Source: the human T2T-CHM13v2.0 reference genome, Homo sapiens. Taken from it: a DNA stretch of 64,000 nt. Below, in pieces: positions 1 to 16,962 of the stretch. The DNA is taken from the NCBI RefSeq assembly GCF_009914755.1, contig NC_060926.1. The stretch is one strand, 5' to 3'. Below the pieces are notes generated by a model. The model searched no databases, was not told where the DNA came from, and saw only the letters and a program-made list of their open reading frames with translations. A program made the translations under genes and the position numbers. Each line of letters begins with the position of its first letter. Within the stretch, counting starts at the first letter, position 1.

Positions 1-544
1 GATAACACACATCTTTCTTGCACATCTTTAAACATCAATAAAACACCAACACATTTTGATTCTTTATTCACATATTTCATTTCTAAGGCATTTAAAAATG
101 TTACTCTTCTTACAAAGATAGGGCTCTTGCAAAAGAATTCCATTGTCCATAACCACATGGAATTTGCGGACCACATAAGCAGAATTTGCCAAAGCCCATC
201 CCTGTGACCATCTCAGTTGCATGCACATTTCTTATATAAACATACCTATGTAAGAAATCAAATGCCAAAATGGGCGACATGTGTTTATCATCATACGCTG
301 CACCAATCACGAACTTTACTTCAGGAAGACTGGGTAATTAAATGTTAGATAACCACATGACTCCTGCAAACAATCATTCTCTATTTCTTATATGCCAGTG
401 TCGACATCTATAAATAAAAAACTGGGCTTTACGAATCACTGTAAATAATTGTAGACGAATTGGCTGGAGCAATTATATGAAAACCACATCCAGTTGAATC
501 TTCATGTGTTTTATAATGAGAACAACATAGAAGATCGCCTAGAA

Positions 545-640
545 GAGTGGTTCTTCATCTTGATTGCACATTAGAACCATCTGGGGATGCATGGATGAAC
601 CCAAGCACACTGAGCTCCCCAGATGTGGTGCCCACTTTAT
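545..640. mobile_element. MER5B-like hAT-Charlie MITE fragment
   Basis: gagtggttcttcatcttgattgcacattagaaccatctgggga resembles the MER5 terminus CAGTGGTTCTC...TGCACATTGGAATCACCTGGGGA; followed by agctccccag. Confidence 0.5.
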
Positions 641-1169
641 GCATACTGACTACTTCAAGTGCCTTGAACCATCTGGAAATACTGACAATCCTAATACCTA
701 CACTGCATATGCCCTTTGATGCAGCTTTTCTATCTCCAAGAATTCATCTTACAGAAATACTTGCCTATAAGCACTAAGATTCATTTTCAAGATATGTATT
801 CATCCAACAAATATTCATGAAGCCAACACTCTTTTAAACATAGATCAGTGAAGGAAGATTACAAGAAGATTATAGTCTTGTGGGAAGGGCCAGATAACAA
901 ACCCACAAATAGATAAACTAGAAAGGGAACACACAGCTATGAATGTTGTGGAGAGAATTCAAATACAGCACCCAATGAGGCCCTTTGAAACTGTAGGCTT
1001 CTTTTTGCTTTGATTTTCCCTATATCCACTCTACTGTGGAAGTCTATGTTAGAGAAGAATCTCTGTGAGGTATCTTCACCCAGTGGGGAGTGGAACCACA
1101 TTCTGACAAGTAAAGCTCAAATCTTTTCTTTTCCAAGATGCCACCAACCTTATCTATGGTTTCTTTCTC

Positions 1170-1857
1170 TTTTTAAATTTGTTTTTTTTATTGTGGTCAA
1201 ATACACCTAACGTAAAATCTATCATTTTAGCCATTTAAAAATGTATAGATCAGTGGCAGTAGCTCCACCATCTGTCTCCAGAACTTTTTCATTATCCCAA
1301 ATGGAAACTCTGCTCATTAAACAATAACTCACCATTATTCCCTTCCCCAACCCCTGATAGCCACAATTCTACTTTCTATCTATGAATTTTAGTATTCTAG
1401 TACCTCATATAAGTGAAATCATGCAGTATTTGCCCTTCTGTGACTGACTTATTTTTCTTAGCATAATGTCCTCAAGGTTCATTCACATTGTAGTATGTGT
1501 CAGAATTTCCTTCTTTTTAAAAGCTGAGTAATATTCCATTGTATGGATATACCACACTTTGTTTACCTATTCATCTGTCAGTGAACATGTGGGTTGCTTC
1601 CACCTCTTGACTATTGCGAATAATGTTGCAATGAGCACAGGTGAGCACATGTTTGTTCAAGAACTTGCCTTTAATTCTTTTGTATATACCCAGAAGCGGA
1701 GTTGCTGGATCATACATGAATTATGTTTTTGATTTTTTGAGAAATTGCAATACTATTTTCCACAGTAGCTGCTCCATTGCTCCATTTACCTTCCCACTGG
1801 CAATGTACAGGGTTCCAATTTATTCACATCCTTGCCAACACTGGTTATTCTCTCTGT

Positions 1858-1904
<47 letters not shown>

Positions 1905-2187
1905 AAAAGCAGTCTTTCTAAAGGGATGAGGTGATAGCTTACTGTGGTTTTAGTTTGTATTTCTCTAATGATTGGTAATGCTGAGAATTTTTTTCGTCGT
2001 TTGTTGGCCATCTTCTTTGGAGAAATGCTCTTTGTCCTTTTTTAAATTAGGTGATTTGTTTGTTGTTGAGTTGGATAAGTTCTTTATTCTGGATATTAAC
2101 CCCTTATCAGATATATGATTTGCAAATATTCTCTCCCATTCTGTAGGTTGTCTTTTTACTCTGTTGATTGTGTCCTTTGATGCACAA
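1170..2187 (-). mobile_element. L1MB-type 3' end (3'UTR plus ORF2 C-terminus)
   Basis: T-rich tail followed by typical L1MB 3'UTR antisense sequence; ORF 1820..2011 translates to L1 ORF2-like [14 protein letters not shown]. Confidence 0.85.
1861..1900. repeat. (TG)20 microsatellite
   Basis: Read directly; preceded by a short (TC)n. Confidence 0.98.
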
Positions 2188-2189
2188 TC

Positions 2190-3165
2190 TAATTGCTATT
2201 TTGATTTGTGGAGAGATATGTTAGAGTCTCCTATGATGATGGAGTATTTACCGGTTTCTCCTTATAATCCTATCCTATTTTGTGTTATATAGTTTTGTTT
2301 GCTGTGTGAAGTTTCTTGATTGATTATACCTTTAATCAACAGAAGATATAACTCTATTTTCCCATTCTAAAAATGTGTTTTTCCTAGAATTCTATTTTGT
2401 CTGGTGTTGCCTGGTATTTTAAAATACCACAGTTGCCTTTAAAACATAAGATTTTAGATTAAAAATATTTTTTCTCTTTAACTTTGATAAATCTCTCCAC
2501 TATTTTCTTACACTTGGTATTGCCAATAAGAAAACTGCTGCCAATCTGATTGTCTTTTTAATATGATTATATGATTTTTTTCTTCTTGGAAACTTTGAGG
2601 ATTTTCTCTGCAGCTTTGAGAGTTCACTGTGACATTTCTAAGTGTTATATTTCTGTAATTGAGCTCTTAAATCTGAGAAACCAAGTTTTTCTTCAGCTAA
2701 AATTTTATTTGATTGTTTTATTGATCACTGGCTCTACTCTACTCTCCATCCTGTTTGTTCTTTTCCTGGATTTCTTGCTGCATAGAGGTTGGACTCCTGA
2801 GTCTATCATTTATGTCTCCTATTTAGCTCTCATGCTTTCCACCGTTTTGTCCTTTTTAGCTTACTGTGACAGACTCTTTGGAATGATCTTCTAGTTTAGC
2901 AAGTTATTTTTTACCTGTAAATGTTCTGTTGTTCAAATTAAGGTTTTATTTTTAATATTATTGACAAAACATTAATTAATGGGAAATTTTTCAGATTTTT
3001 TTCACAGGGGCATTATCCTTTCAAATCTCCTTGCAGACATTAATTTTACTTATTTCAAAGTCCTCTCTTGCTGTTTTAATTTCTTTTTCTTGGGGATAAA
3101 TTCTTCTTTTGTAAATGGAGTTTCAGGCCTCTCTTTCATGGCATTTACTGGCTTCCTACAAATAT
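2190..3165 (-). mobile_element. Old L1M fragments
   Basis: T-rich, with L1M antisense-like segments (gagtctcctatgatgat, aagaaaactgctgccaatctgattgtc). Confidence 0.5.
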
Positions 3166-3178
3166 TTAAAGAATTCTT

Positions 3179-3478
<300 letters not shown>

Positions 3479-4819
3479 TCATCTTTGTAGTTGTAAATCC
3501 TTGTTTAGTGCTCTGTGAATATCATCTGTGCTTATTACATATTTCCACTGACAATTGTAGGCAAGGGACAGGACAAGTTGACATCAGGGTGTTCTGGTAG
3601 CTTGTCTTCCTTTCAGCCACCTTTCTACTTCCTCCTGGTGCCAAACAGCTATCTTGGGTAGTAAGACTGTGCCCCTTTATTTCCATGCTCTTCCTGGCTG
3701 CTTTGACCTGAAATTGTCTACTACTCTTCACTGCTTTAGCACAGGCAGGAGACCAAGGATAGACTGATTGATAAGCAGTAACAAGTCCAGTCCATTAATC
3801 GCCCTGATAAATGTGCCATGTACTCTCTCACTCCCTGTTTCCAGTGGTTCTAAATTTGGACTACCCGCCCTGTGCCAGTCCCACCTTCACAACAGTTTTC
3901 TCATGCACGTTTTTAAAATGATGGCTTTCTTCAGTTTTGTTTTTCTATAGATCTGATTCCATCTGCTTGCCTTATTTCAAGCATAACTTAAATTTTCTGG
4001 TCTGTTGATGGCACATTGTATGTTTAATACTATTTTAAAGTATGTTGCCTGTCATTTCAAGGAATTTGGGGCAGTGTACCAGTCAATGTCTAGTCTCTAA
4101 AGCAGAGAGCCTTTTAGGAATTTCGAAGAAGAAAGCACAGGAAATTGGGTGCTTGAAAAGCCATTGGAAGGGCCAGAGAACCGAAGGCCCAGGAAGGTGA
4201 GGGAAGGGATTCAGCTTGCCCCAAGGTTCTTCACCAGCTTTGGAGGAATCTGAGCTTCTACTGAACATGGATCAGAGCTACAGAAAACTGTCACTGAGCT
4301 CACAGGTTCTGGCACAGTCGGAGCACCAAAGCCGGTGAATCTCTGGAGAAAGCCTGGGACTGCTGCAAATATCACCTCCACTGAGCTCAGGGCTCTTCCC
4401 TTCAGCCTTCTGAAGCATGAGATGTAACTCATTAGGAGAAATTACACTTATCAAGACCCCTGGAGGAAAGGGAGTCTGGGACATACAGGAAGGGAGAGAA
4501 AATGAGTGCTGGTTGATGTCAAGAGCAATGCCCAAAACTTGCATGAAGGGAAGGAGTCCATGTGTTCAATCTATGATCTTGATTCTGCTTCTCTCTGCAC
4601 AATGCCCAAGCTTCTAGTTGCTCATGAGTGACCTTCTTTTTTACCCAAGCCTCTCTTTCATATTCATCTTTATCTTATTTCACCAGTAGAAACCTTGTGG
4701 GGCTGGGAGCAGACCAGGCATTGAGCCCAACATTTACCCAGACATGATCCTTGACCTGCGTCTTCGGGGATTTGTCTTATGCCCACCACTGTGCATGGTA
4801 CTCAGTGGTCATTTGCTGG

Positions 4820-5990
4820 ATATTTGTGACTAAGTGAATAAAATAGAAACAGACAGCCAAAAGGAAAAAAAAATAGGTTTTAACAGTAAAAAACAGAGCT
4901 GCTAAATTAAGGAGTAAGTTAAAATAAAAGGGACCTGAAAGAAATACAAGCCTTTTTAAAAAAATCAGGGACAAAAATGTTGAGAAATATGTTGTTTCTA
5001 TAACTGATGAAAAGAGAGTAGTAGAAAAAATACACATACAAACCTACACACATACATGCACACATGTGTAACAGCACATGTACATGCACACATTCAAGAT
5101 GAAGATGAATATAAAAGATAAACTTGGGTAAAAAATAAGGTCACACATGAACAACTAGAAGCTTGGGCATTGTGCATTCATTTTTTACTTAATCTAGGAG
5201 ATCAGGATATCAGCAAGGACAAGGAACAGAGAATCTGGAGAATGGATAGGGATGAGGAATTAACTGATGATGAATTTCAAAATAAATTAGATATGATAAA
5301 TATTCACAGGAATTTGTTGAAATCACTACATATACAGCTGCTATCACTTTTTAGAATTTGAGAGGAGTGAGAGTGTTGGGAAGGTAATACTATATTATTC
5401 TAAAAGATAACTGAAGAGCATAAAAGAATATGTTTAATTTTCACATCTACAAAATATATTGAGAAGTATTATTTTAAAATTTCATTTTTAAGTCCCTGGA
5501 AAAAATATATTGATGAATCACCATCAAAATTTTGGCATGACAAACTTTAGGGTGGGTTAATCTGACAGATTTCTTTTAACAGACACTAATCAAAGTGATA
5601 TATGGAATACATTAAAGAACTATTACTATTAGTTCATTGTCTACTTGGAGGAATATATACATGATTTAAAGTTTGAAAGCCAGCTTCCTACATGTCTCAT
5701 ATATAAAATGCTATGGGGGCAGTCAAGGGCCCCAAGAAGTTGCGGTGATATTGGGAGGATGACGCTTTTGTGAAACTTGTCTCTACTGAATGACTTAACA
5801 AGGAGAGAATAAACTTTATCTGCAGCAGGAGGAATTTAGGTTAAAAATTAGTAAAATCCTTTTTTCTAGGAGTTTCTAGGTATGAAACATTGGGATATGT
5901 AACCATCAGAGATCATGGAGGCTTATTCTTTGGAACATTGTCAGGATATGGGGAATTCTCCTTCCTGAATAATTTACCTACATAGGAATG
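4820..5990 (+). mobile_element. Degenerate CR1/L3 LINE
   Basis: 3' part ctgcagcaggaggaatttaggttaaaaatt...gaaacattggga resembles the L3 3' end; upstream purine-rich ORF-like sequence. Confidence 0.45.
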
Positions 5991-6644
5991 AATTATCTGA
6001 AAGACAGTACTACTGATGGTTAAGTTCTAGACTTGGTATTTCACTTTCATTAATAATCTAGCTCACAAAATAGATTTGAAAACACAGATTGTATTCTCAG
6101 ACTTCTGTACAATTACGGAGGTTGTAAGAGGCAAGTGGTTCCGCAGTCAGAACTTGGGGCTATGTGATGAGTTACCTTGTTTTATATTTAACAGGACAAG
6201 TAAGAGTGCCAGGACATTAAAAGACTGAATAGAGTGAGATCACTGACAGAAACATTTTTGCCTAGAAACTCCAACTTCAAAATTGCTTTAGTAAAGTTAA
6301 CACTAGTCAGAAGCCAATAGAATACAGCTCAATAGAAATAAGTAGAAAGTGATAACAAAAGCTAAACACTTGTATGGCATTCACCAGATACCAGTCAGGT
6401 TTTTAGACTCTTTCATATGTTAACACTGGGGGGAAATAAAAAGCACATGTGTAATGTAGGATGTTAAGTTCTCAGCTTATATGGGGGGAAAAACCTGAGA
6501 TTTCATTTTAAAAAAAATTGTTTTTATTTTTATGCCATTCTACTGATTAACTAGAAGTTGGCAAAATTTTTGTATTTTTAAAGCAATTATAACACCAATA
6601 AAGTAATAGGTATGAAGCCTACACAGGAAAAGGAAGCCATTTCC

Positions 6645-6845
6645 AGAAATCTGCTATGTGTCAAGCATCATGTGATTTATCTCATTTGATCCTCCCAACA
6701 ATCCCAATAGGTAAATGTTAGTATTACCAGTGATAGATGAAGAAACGGAAACTTGGAACAAATAAGTAGTTATCTCTCAGCTGCCTGAGATATCCAGATA
6801 GCCAGGACTTTGTGACTCTAAAGCCTGTACTCTTTCCATGTTATT
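6645..6845 (-). mobile_element. MIR
   Basis: tctcatttgatcctcccaacaatccc...agatgaagaaacggaaacttgg, the antisense MIR core. Confidence 0.75.
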
Positions 6846-6941
6846 TAAACTGTCCTTTAGATGACAATAAGCATATTGGTGATTAATAAAAGCCTGAGTG
6901 GAAAAAAGCCTAAAATCACACATTCTATGAAAAAGCAAATA

Positions 6942-7583
6942 TGTATTTTATTCTAGTTACCTATTGCTAAGTAGCAAACATTTTAGAGGTATGAAACAAT
7001 AATCACATTAATATGCCCATAGATTTTTTTTCTGGTCAGGAGTTAGGTAGGTGGAAATTTCTTGTCTCTGTGTCACAATGTCTGGGATCTCAGCTGGGAA
7101 AACTTGAATGGTTGGAGGTGACTGGATCAGCTGGGTCTAGAATCATCTGGAGGCTTCTCTCCATTTTCTGGCTTCTGGATTGGGAGGACTCAAAGGGGTG
7201 GGCTAAGCTAGGACTACTGACTGCAAGCTGTATGCGTGGCCTCACCATGTGGCTTCGGTTTTTCCCAGCACGGTGGCTGTGTTCTAAGAGGGACACCCTA
7301 AATGAGGCTTTCTTTAGTCACCAATATGCTGACCCTGTCTGGAGGGTCAGCATTTCAAGAGAGCCAGATGGACATTGCATGACCTTTTCTGGTCAACCTG
7401 TGGAAGTCATTTGGCATCACTTCTGCCTCATCCTATAGGCCATCAGCTCACCAGGGCCAGTCAGATTCAAGAGAGAGTAATGAGATTTCACTTCTTGATG
7501 AGGGAGTGGCAAAGACACTTGCAGAAGAGCCCGCAGAATGGGAGATATTTTACAACCACCTTCAGATGGAACCATCTGCCACA
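6942..7583 (-). mobile_element. MLT1G/H-type MaLR solo LTR
   Basis: tgta...agttacctattgct at one end and catctgccaca at the other; internal MLT1 motifs (gcctcaccatgtggc, catcacttctgcc). Confidence 0.8.
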
Positions 7584-7879
7584 TATATGGCCAGTGATTG
7601 AATGAGAACACACAAAAAAGTGTAAACCATTTATTTGTAAGAATTAGAGTCTGCATGTGTGTGCATGCAGGTATGTATTTGTGTATGTGTGTATCTTTCA
7701 AAAATTTCTCTTACAAAAACATTTGTAAATGATAAGCATGACCCTTGTAGGTATGAACAGCTGCATTCTGAGCAGAGATGTTGGCTCCACTTTCTGGTCT
7801 GCTTACCATGCCCTCCTGATAGGAGTAGAAAGAGTAGGAATTATTTTCTAAGCTAAAGCAAACCTAAGAGGAAAAAGAT

Positions 7880-8110
7880 AAAGGAGGGGTCTGTGTCTCA
7901 AAGATTTAGTTTAGATTCAAAGAAGAATCTCTCTAGTAAAGCTTGTTAAAAACTCCAGTGAGTTTTCTGCAGGAAGATTGTGAAACCCCCTCTCTTTCAG
8001 CTATCAGCCTCACTTGGAGGTTTGCAGAAGTGTAATTTACACAGGACAAATGATAGCCTATTAGTAGTCAGGCAGGTGTTCCTCCTCGACCTTGAGAGGC
8101 CTAATTTTTC
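7880..8110 (+). mobile_element. CR1/L3 3' fragment
   Basis: agatttagtttagattcaaagaagaatc...gattgtgaaaccccctctct, L3 3'-like. Confidence 0.4.
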
Positions 8111-9729
8111 AGAGGTGGGCGGTGCATGGGAAGTGTTCTGAATTCACATAGATTGTTTCTCTGTGTGCTTTGAGTTTATAATTTTCCTGAATCTTGTAAT
8201 AGGCATGGTTAGATTTTGTGGTGTCAGCAAAAGGATTCCCTTTGCCTGTGTTTGGAAAAATCAGCTTACAAACTGAAGCATTTTCGAAGTCTTAGTTGGT
8301 AATTTTTGTGTGGATTTCTGTTGTTAAGTTATGGCAAACTAACGTAAATGTGAAATTAAATCCATAGAACGAAATGCGCGTGATGAATAGAACTTTTGTC
8401 TGTGTTGAGTAGTCTCAGAGTATTACTGACCTTGAAGTAACATGGAACAGCCATCAGTGAAAAAACTCTGTGCTCTGCAGAAACCAGGCTACATAAATAT
8501 TTTATTTAGCGGAGATAGTGACAGATCCTTAGAATAACTTTTTTTTTTTTTTTTACTATTGCATCAAATATGATTTGATCCATAAAATCCCAGCTGTAAA
8601 TTTACCTCCAGTGAAGTTGAGCAGCTATTTAGACTAACTGAAAAATTAATATTGCCTGTTTACAACAGTACATGGAATCTAGTTAGGTGGGATCTATAGC
8701 GCTATTTTTTTGAAAATGACCATTTTGCCAGTGACAGTATGTATAATTTACATGTCATTTTCAAAAAGCATACTTTTAGAGTTGACGCATACAATGTTAT
8801 TGATTTCTAATATTCAGATAATTAAAAATTAAAATAATTTTTACAAAATCAAGAGAAGCATATGTTGAAGCATATGATGAAAAGGCACTATGATTTGAGG
8901 TTTCTAAGAGTATAAAATATAAAGGGTGGACTGTCATTATGACGTGCTGTGTCCCCCTCACTCTCCATGATGCCTGCCTATATTTCTGCCATCTGTCTCT
9001 ACTTGAGGAAAGAACACAGGAAAATAGTTTAATCTTTGAGAAAGTCAAGTTAAGGCGGAGGAACCCATCCTTAAGAGCTCTTAAACAACAACTCCTGATG
9101 CTTGGGATATCCTTTTCATATTTTAAAGTTGGATCATCTCCAAGGTCCAACCTGGAAAGATGGGCTGTAAATCTCTTGCTCTGCTTGGCAAGAACTATTG
9201 AAGGGCTTCTCTATCAGTGTCATCCTCTCTAGTCCTGATCAGCAGAGACTGAGAAATCTTAGCTGAACTGAAATGACCCCTAAAAGCATTTTGGCCACAA
9301 GTGCAGAGACAGGGTTGGCTTGTTCTCTGGATTTGTACCCAGCCCCCTGATCCTTGTGCTGTCTCTCTAAAGATGGTAGTGCAAGCACAAAACACTACCA
9401 AGCACAGTGGCAGCCACCACAACAACAGCAAAGACTGCTGAACCCACTCATGGAAATGGCACCACCTGATCCATAAAATGTCAGATAGATTGACAATCTT
9501 ACATTTTATTCATATACTATTTTGAAAAATAAATTTTCCATTTTGATGATTTACTCATATATATTTGAAGTGATTAAATCATTTGAAGCTACTGAAGTCT
9601 TTAGTTTGAGGGCTAAGACAGCCATACTTCTTTTTGGTAGGACTGACCCCATAACTCGATTAGTTTTGTTTCTTTCAGCTGCTCTTTCACTTAGGTGGAT
9701 AAAACAACATGAGTTATACTGATGAAAAA

Positions 9730-9985
9730 ATAATAAACATTTGTAATTAGCTAACATTTTCTGAGTGCTGACTATGTGTGCTGTGTGTATACATTTTTTC
9801 TTGTATAATATATTTCTTGATAGTCATCATAAGTCTATGAGGTAGGCACTCTTACTATCCCGTTTTAGAGATGAGTACCCTGAGGCCTACAGAGATTGCT
9901 TTAAATCACAAGCCAGTAAGAAGCATAGCCAGAATTAGACATTACCTCCATCTGACTCCCAAACACAACCTGGTAACCACCCTGG
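9730..9985 (-). mobile_element. MIR
   Basis: agctaacattttctgagtgc...tatgaggtaggcactcttactatcccgttttagagatgag. Confidence 0.8.
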
Positions 9986-10494
9986 TAACTGCCTTCCTTC
10001 CCACAGGATTATGAAGAATGACAACTGAATAGAGTGTCATGCTGATACAGCAAATTCAGAAATTGCTTGGTTCCAGTGATTGGCAAAAACAGCTCAAGAA
10101 AATTATTATCCACCCTAAATTCCAACTTAAGGCACACTGAAGTGAAGTAATAAATCCAAGGACATTAATTTGACAAATGAGGAGTATAAATTGTCCCTCC
10201 CAGGCAAGGAAGTATGCTTTCAGAATAAAGTTGCCTGTTTCTCCAAAAGTTTGTGAATCTCAAGCTTTCTGTATTCCAAGGTTGAAATAAAAGCCCAGGT
10301 GGGCATTTTAGAATCAGACCTAGACTACTGAAATGAGTCACACCAATTCAAGTATTCTGCCAATCCAGCAAAGGATATGCTCCCAGGGTGGAAAATCCTT
10401 ACTAGAATTTACAACTTATAATGGAAATATCACCTGAAATGTTTCCTGTTCAGAAGGTAACCCTCAGCAAATATTCATTTCCCCAGATGCTAGT

Positions 10495-10700
10495 GATAAT
10501 AAGAACTAACTTTTATTGAACATTTACTATGTACCAGATACCTTGCTGAGCTTTGTATGTGTAGACTCACTTAATTCTAACACCAACCTTATGAATGAAG
10601 GACTATTTTTATCACCTTTTTCTAGTTGCCGAAGATCATATGGTAGATAGACGAGCCAGATCTGTGTAACTCCAAAGCTAGTGCTCATGGTGCAATTGTT
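10495..10700 (-). mobile_element. MIR
   Basis: ctaacttttattgaacatttactatgtaccag...ctcacttaattctaacaccaacc...actccaaagc. Confidence 0.8.
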
Positions 10701-11419
10701 CATATGATTCTGGTGTAAGAGGAGGACATGCAAAAACAAAGAGAAAGCCACCTGAAGTCAGAAAAGGAAGAGAATTGGCTACCTCTTCCTTTTTCTTTCT
10801 TTATGAAGATAAATCCTTCAAGAGCAGCCCTTCGGTTGCTAGGAATTAGACATTCTTTGATCACTAATTTTTTTCCCAGCCTACTAGCGCTTTCCTGGCT
10901 CCTATTTCTCCCTCTAAATGTAGCCTAGGTTCTACATTTTGTGTCTTCACCTATCCTCTCCCCAGCACTGTCATTTCTCTTTCCCCTTTGTTTTCTCATG
11001 ACACCCATCATACGAATCTGCAGCCCTGGGCAGATCCAGCCAATATGACTTTCTGAACTAAGCCAAAGTTGCTCATGAAAACTTCTAGAGAGACTCTCCC
11101 AGTTCTGTGATGGCCCCCACTCCTCAGTGCTTGAGTAGTACTTTGACAATGTAGTATACACTCTTGGCCAGGTGCTTCTCCAATTCTCAGTCTCTACTCC
11201 ACATCTTTACCTCTCTCCTCATTATTCCACATATGCCACACTCAGTCCCAGGAGAAGACCTCCTATCTTCCTCACCAAGAATTAGAGGCCACCAGGCAAA
11301 CTCCTAAGCCTCTACCCTCCAAACTTACCTACATCTAAGCTGGACCTTTTCCGTCTCATCCCCCACAATCCCCCTGTGTGGACCTATATTTCACAGAAAG
11401 AAGTGGAATTTCCTCTTCC

Positions 11420-11808
11420 TGTGAAATATAGGTCCATACAGGAGCATCATGGGGGATTTTGGTGGCACCCCAAATTGTGACTTGATTACTAGTGAGATTA
11501 GTTCAGTGAACAAGGAAAAGCTAAGGGGACTAAGGACAGAACCTGGCATTTATCAGATAGTCAAAAACAAAGACAGTGAACGAATGGAGAATAAATTATC
11601 AGTGGGGGTGGGAGGTGGAGGGACAGGGTCCAGGAAAAGGTAGTGTTAGAGAAGCCATCAAAGAAACAGAAAGGCAACGGTGTTAAATGCTGCGGGGGTG
11701 GGGGGGGGTGGGGTCAGCTTAATAATTGAAATTCAACCATTATATTTCACAATGATAAGTTCAATAGGCACATTTGCCCAAGCAGAATTAGTGGAGGGAT
11801 AGGAATTT
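11420..11808 (-). mobile_element. L2 fragment
   Basis: ctaaggacagaacctgg, ggtgttaaatgctgc and agcagaattagtggag match antisense L2 ORF2 segments. Confidence 0.55.
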
Positions 11809-11811
11809 AAA

Positions 11812-11963
11812 GTGGTGGTGTGTGCCTGTAACTCCACCTACTTGGGAGGCTAAGGCATGAGAATCACTTGAACCTAGGAGGCAGAGGTTGCAGTGAGCTT
11901 AGATCATGCCATTGCACTCCTTTCTGGATGCTAGAGTGAGACTCTGTCTCAAAAAAAAAAAAA
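11812..11963 (+). mobile_element. Alu right arm only (AluS/J-like)
   Basis: gtggtggtgtgtgcctgtaac...gagactctgtctc followed by A13; left arm absent. Confidence 0.92.
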
Positions 11964-15438
<3,475 letters not shown>

Positions 15439-15474
15439 ATTTTCATTTTAAAGATGATAAAAACTTGTGTATCA

Positions 15475-15900
15475 TCAGTTAGCAAAAGTCTACTGAGTGC
15501 TTTAGCTAAACTCTGTGTAAGGGAGGGCCCTTACCCTTATGGAGCAGAAGTCCATCATGAACGACAGGCGTTAAACAAGTAATTATAAATAATTAAGTAA
15601 AACATTATAATCAGACAAAAATGACATGAAATATCAGGTGCTCTGGGAATATAAAACAAAGGTTGGCTATGGGTTTTGGTAGGGGTGGATAGGTGTTAGC
15701 TAGGTGAAAGGAAGGAAGTAGAAGAAAGAGAGCATTTAGGCATAGTGTGAAAGCAATGCAAAGGCCCTGAAGTAGGAGAGAGCATGGCACATACCCGGAA
15801 CCAATAGGAAGTACAGTGTGGCTGGAGCTCAGAGAATGAAGGTAGGAAGTGGTTGAGGTGGAGATGGAGATGGAGATGGGGATGGGAGTCATATGAGGAA
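15475..15900 (-). mobile_element. L2 3' region
   Basis: agcaaaagtctactgagtgc...gcaaaggccctgaagtaggagagagcatggcac...gtgtggctggagc. Confidence 0.75.
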
Positions 15901-16014
15901 CATGGCAGGCTATAGGAAAGGAGATCCCAGAGGAGGTGAAATTGAAAATGAAGATGGGAGAAGGGATAATTGCCGCAGGAGGTTCCTGGAGAAGTTAGAA
16001 GGAAATGGAATTCT

Positions 16015-16962
16015 GACTGCCTCTAGGCAACTTCACATGGGTGTTGCAGAGTTGTTTCCAATATGTCAAAAATGGAAATCATCTCTCCCCTTTTCAGTAC
16101 CCCTCTCCTGAAATTTCCTCCCCAGCCTCCTCGCTCCCAGCTCTTTACCCTGTATCCTCTCTTCTGGTAAATGATATCAACCTATGACTCAGAAGCCTCA
16201 TTTAGAACATAATAAATCTGAGGATAGGGTTACACTAAACTTCTAGTAACAATCACCTGCTCCACGTGATCAGTCATCATGCCCTAACAAGTTTCTAATC
16301 CTAACAGCTTTCAAAACAGCTCTCCCCTTTCCTCTACCTCCAGAGACACTGTCCTGGCTCAGTCTTTCAGTTTCTCTTGCCTGGGTTGTTACAGCAGCCT
16401 CCTGACATTTCTTCCTGTCTCCAATACATGCAGTGCACAGCTGCCAAGGTACCCTTTTTAATACTCAGATACATGGACATGATTCTTCTCCACATGAGAA
16501 AAAACTTTTGCTGCTTTTTCCATTGTCTGGAATATAAAATCCAGACTCCTTAGCTCAGTGTACATGCATTTTACTGTCTGGAACTCTTTGATATTATCTC
16601 TTGCTTGCCATCTCAGGCATATTTCAGGGCTATTTGCAACCTCTCCACTTACGTACATCAGGCTATAAATCCCCTTTTCATCACATCCACGTGATAATCC
16701 CAACTCATCCTCAAGGTCAAGTGTTCTCTCCTCCAGAAGGTCTCCTCTGCCCTTCCCACCCCAGGCAGGTTACAGCCTCTTCTCCATGCTCCCATGGTGC
16801 CATGGACATGTACTTATCACACTATCACAATTGTGGGTCTGCTCTCTGTTGCTTATACTTAACTGAGCTTCTTCGGGCTGGGAATTAACTGAACCTGGTT
16901 AATTTTCAAAGTCCCTGAACCCAGCATAGTGCCTGGCATAAGGCAGATATTCAATGGGAATG
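16015..16962 (+). mobile_element. L2 3' region
   Basis: ataaaatccagactccttagc...cccagcatagtgcctggcataagg...tcaatgggaatga. Confidence 0.75.

Noticed and set aside
5170-5361. Exon-like ORF GDQDISKDKEQRIWRMDRDEEL with an upstream AG
   Set aside because: Lies within a probable CR1/L3 relic, and the frame stops before the next donor
8797-9465. Overlapping ORFs, including a signal-peptide-like MLLLWWLPLCLVVF
   Set aside because: Non-ATG start, no family similarity, no convincing donor site
10040-10140. Peptide QLKKIIIHPKF resembling trypsin-family proteases
   Set aside because: Flanked by stops, no correctly spaced DIALL motif, and no His- or Ser-motif exons nearby
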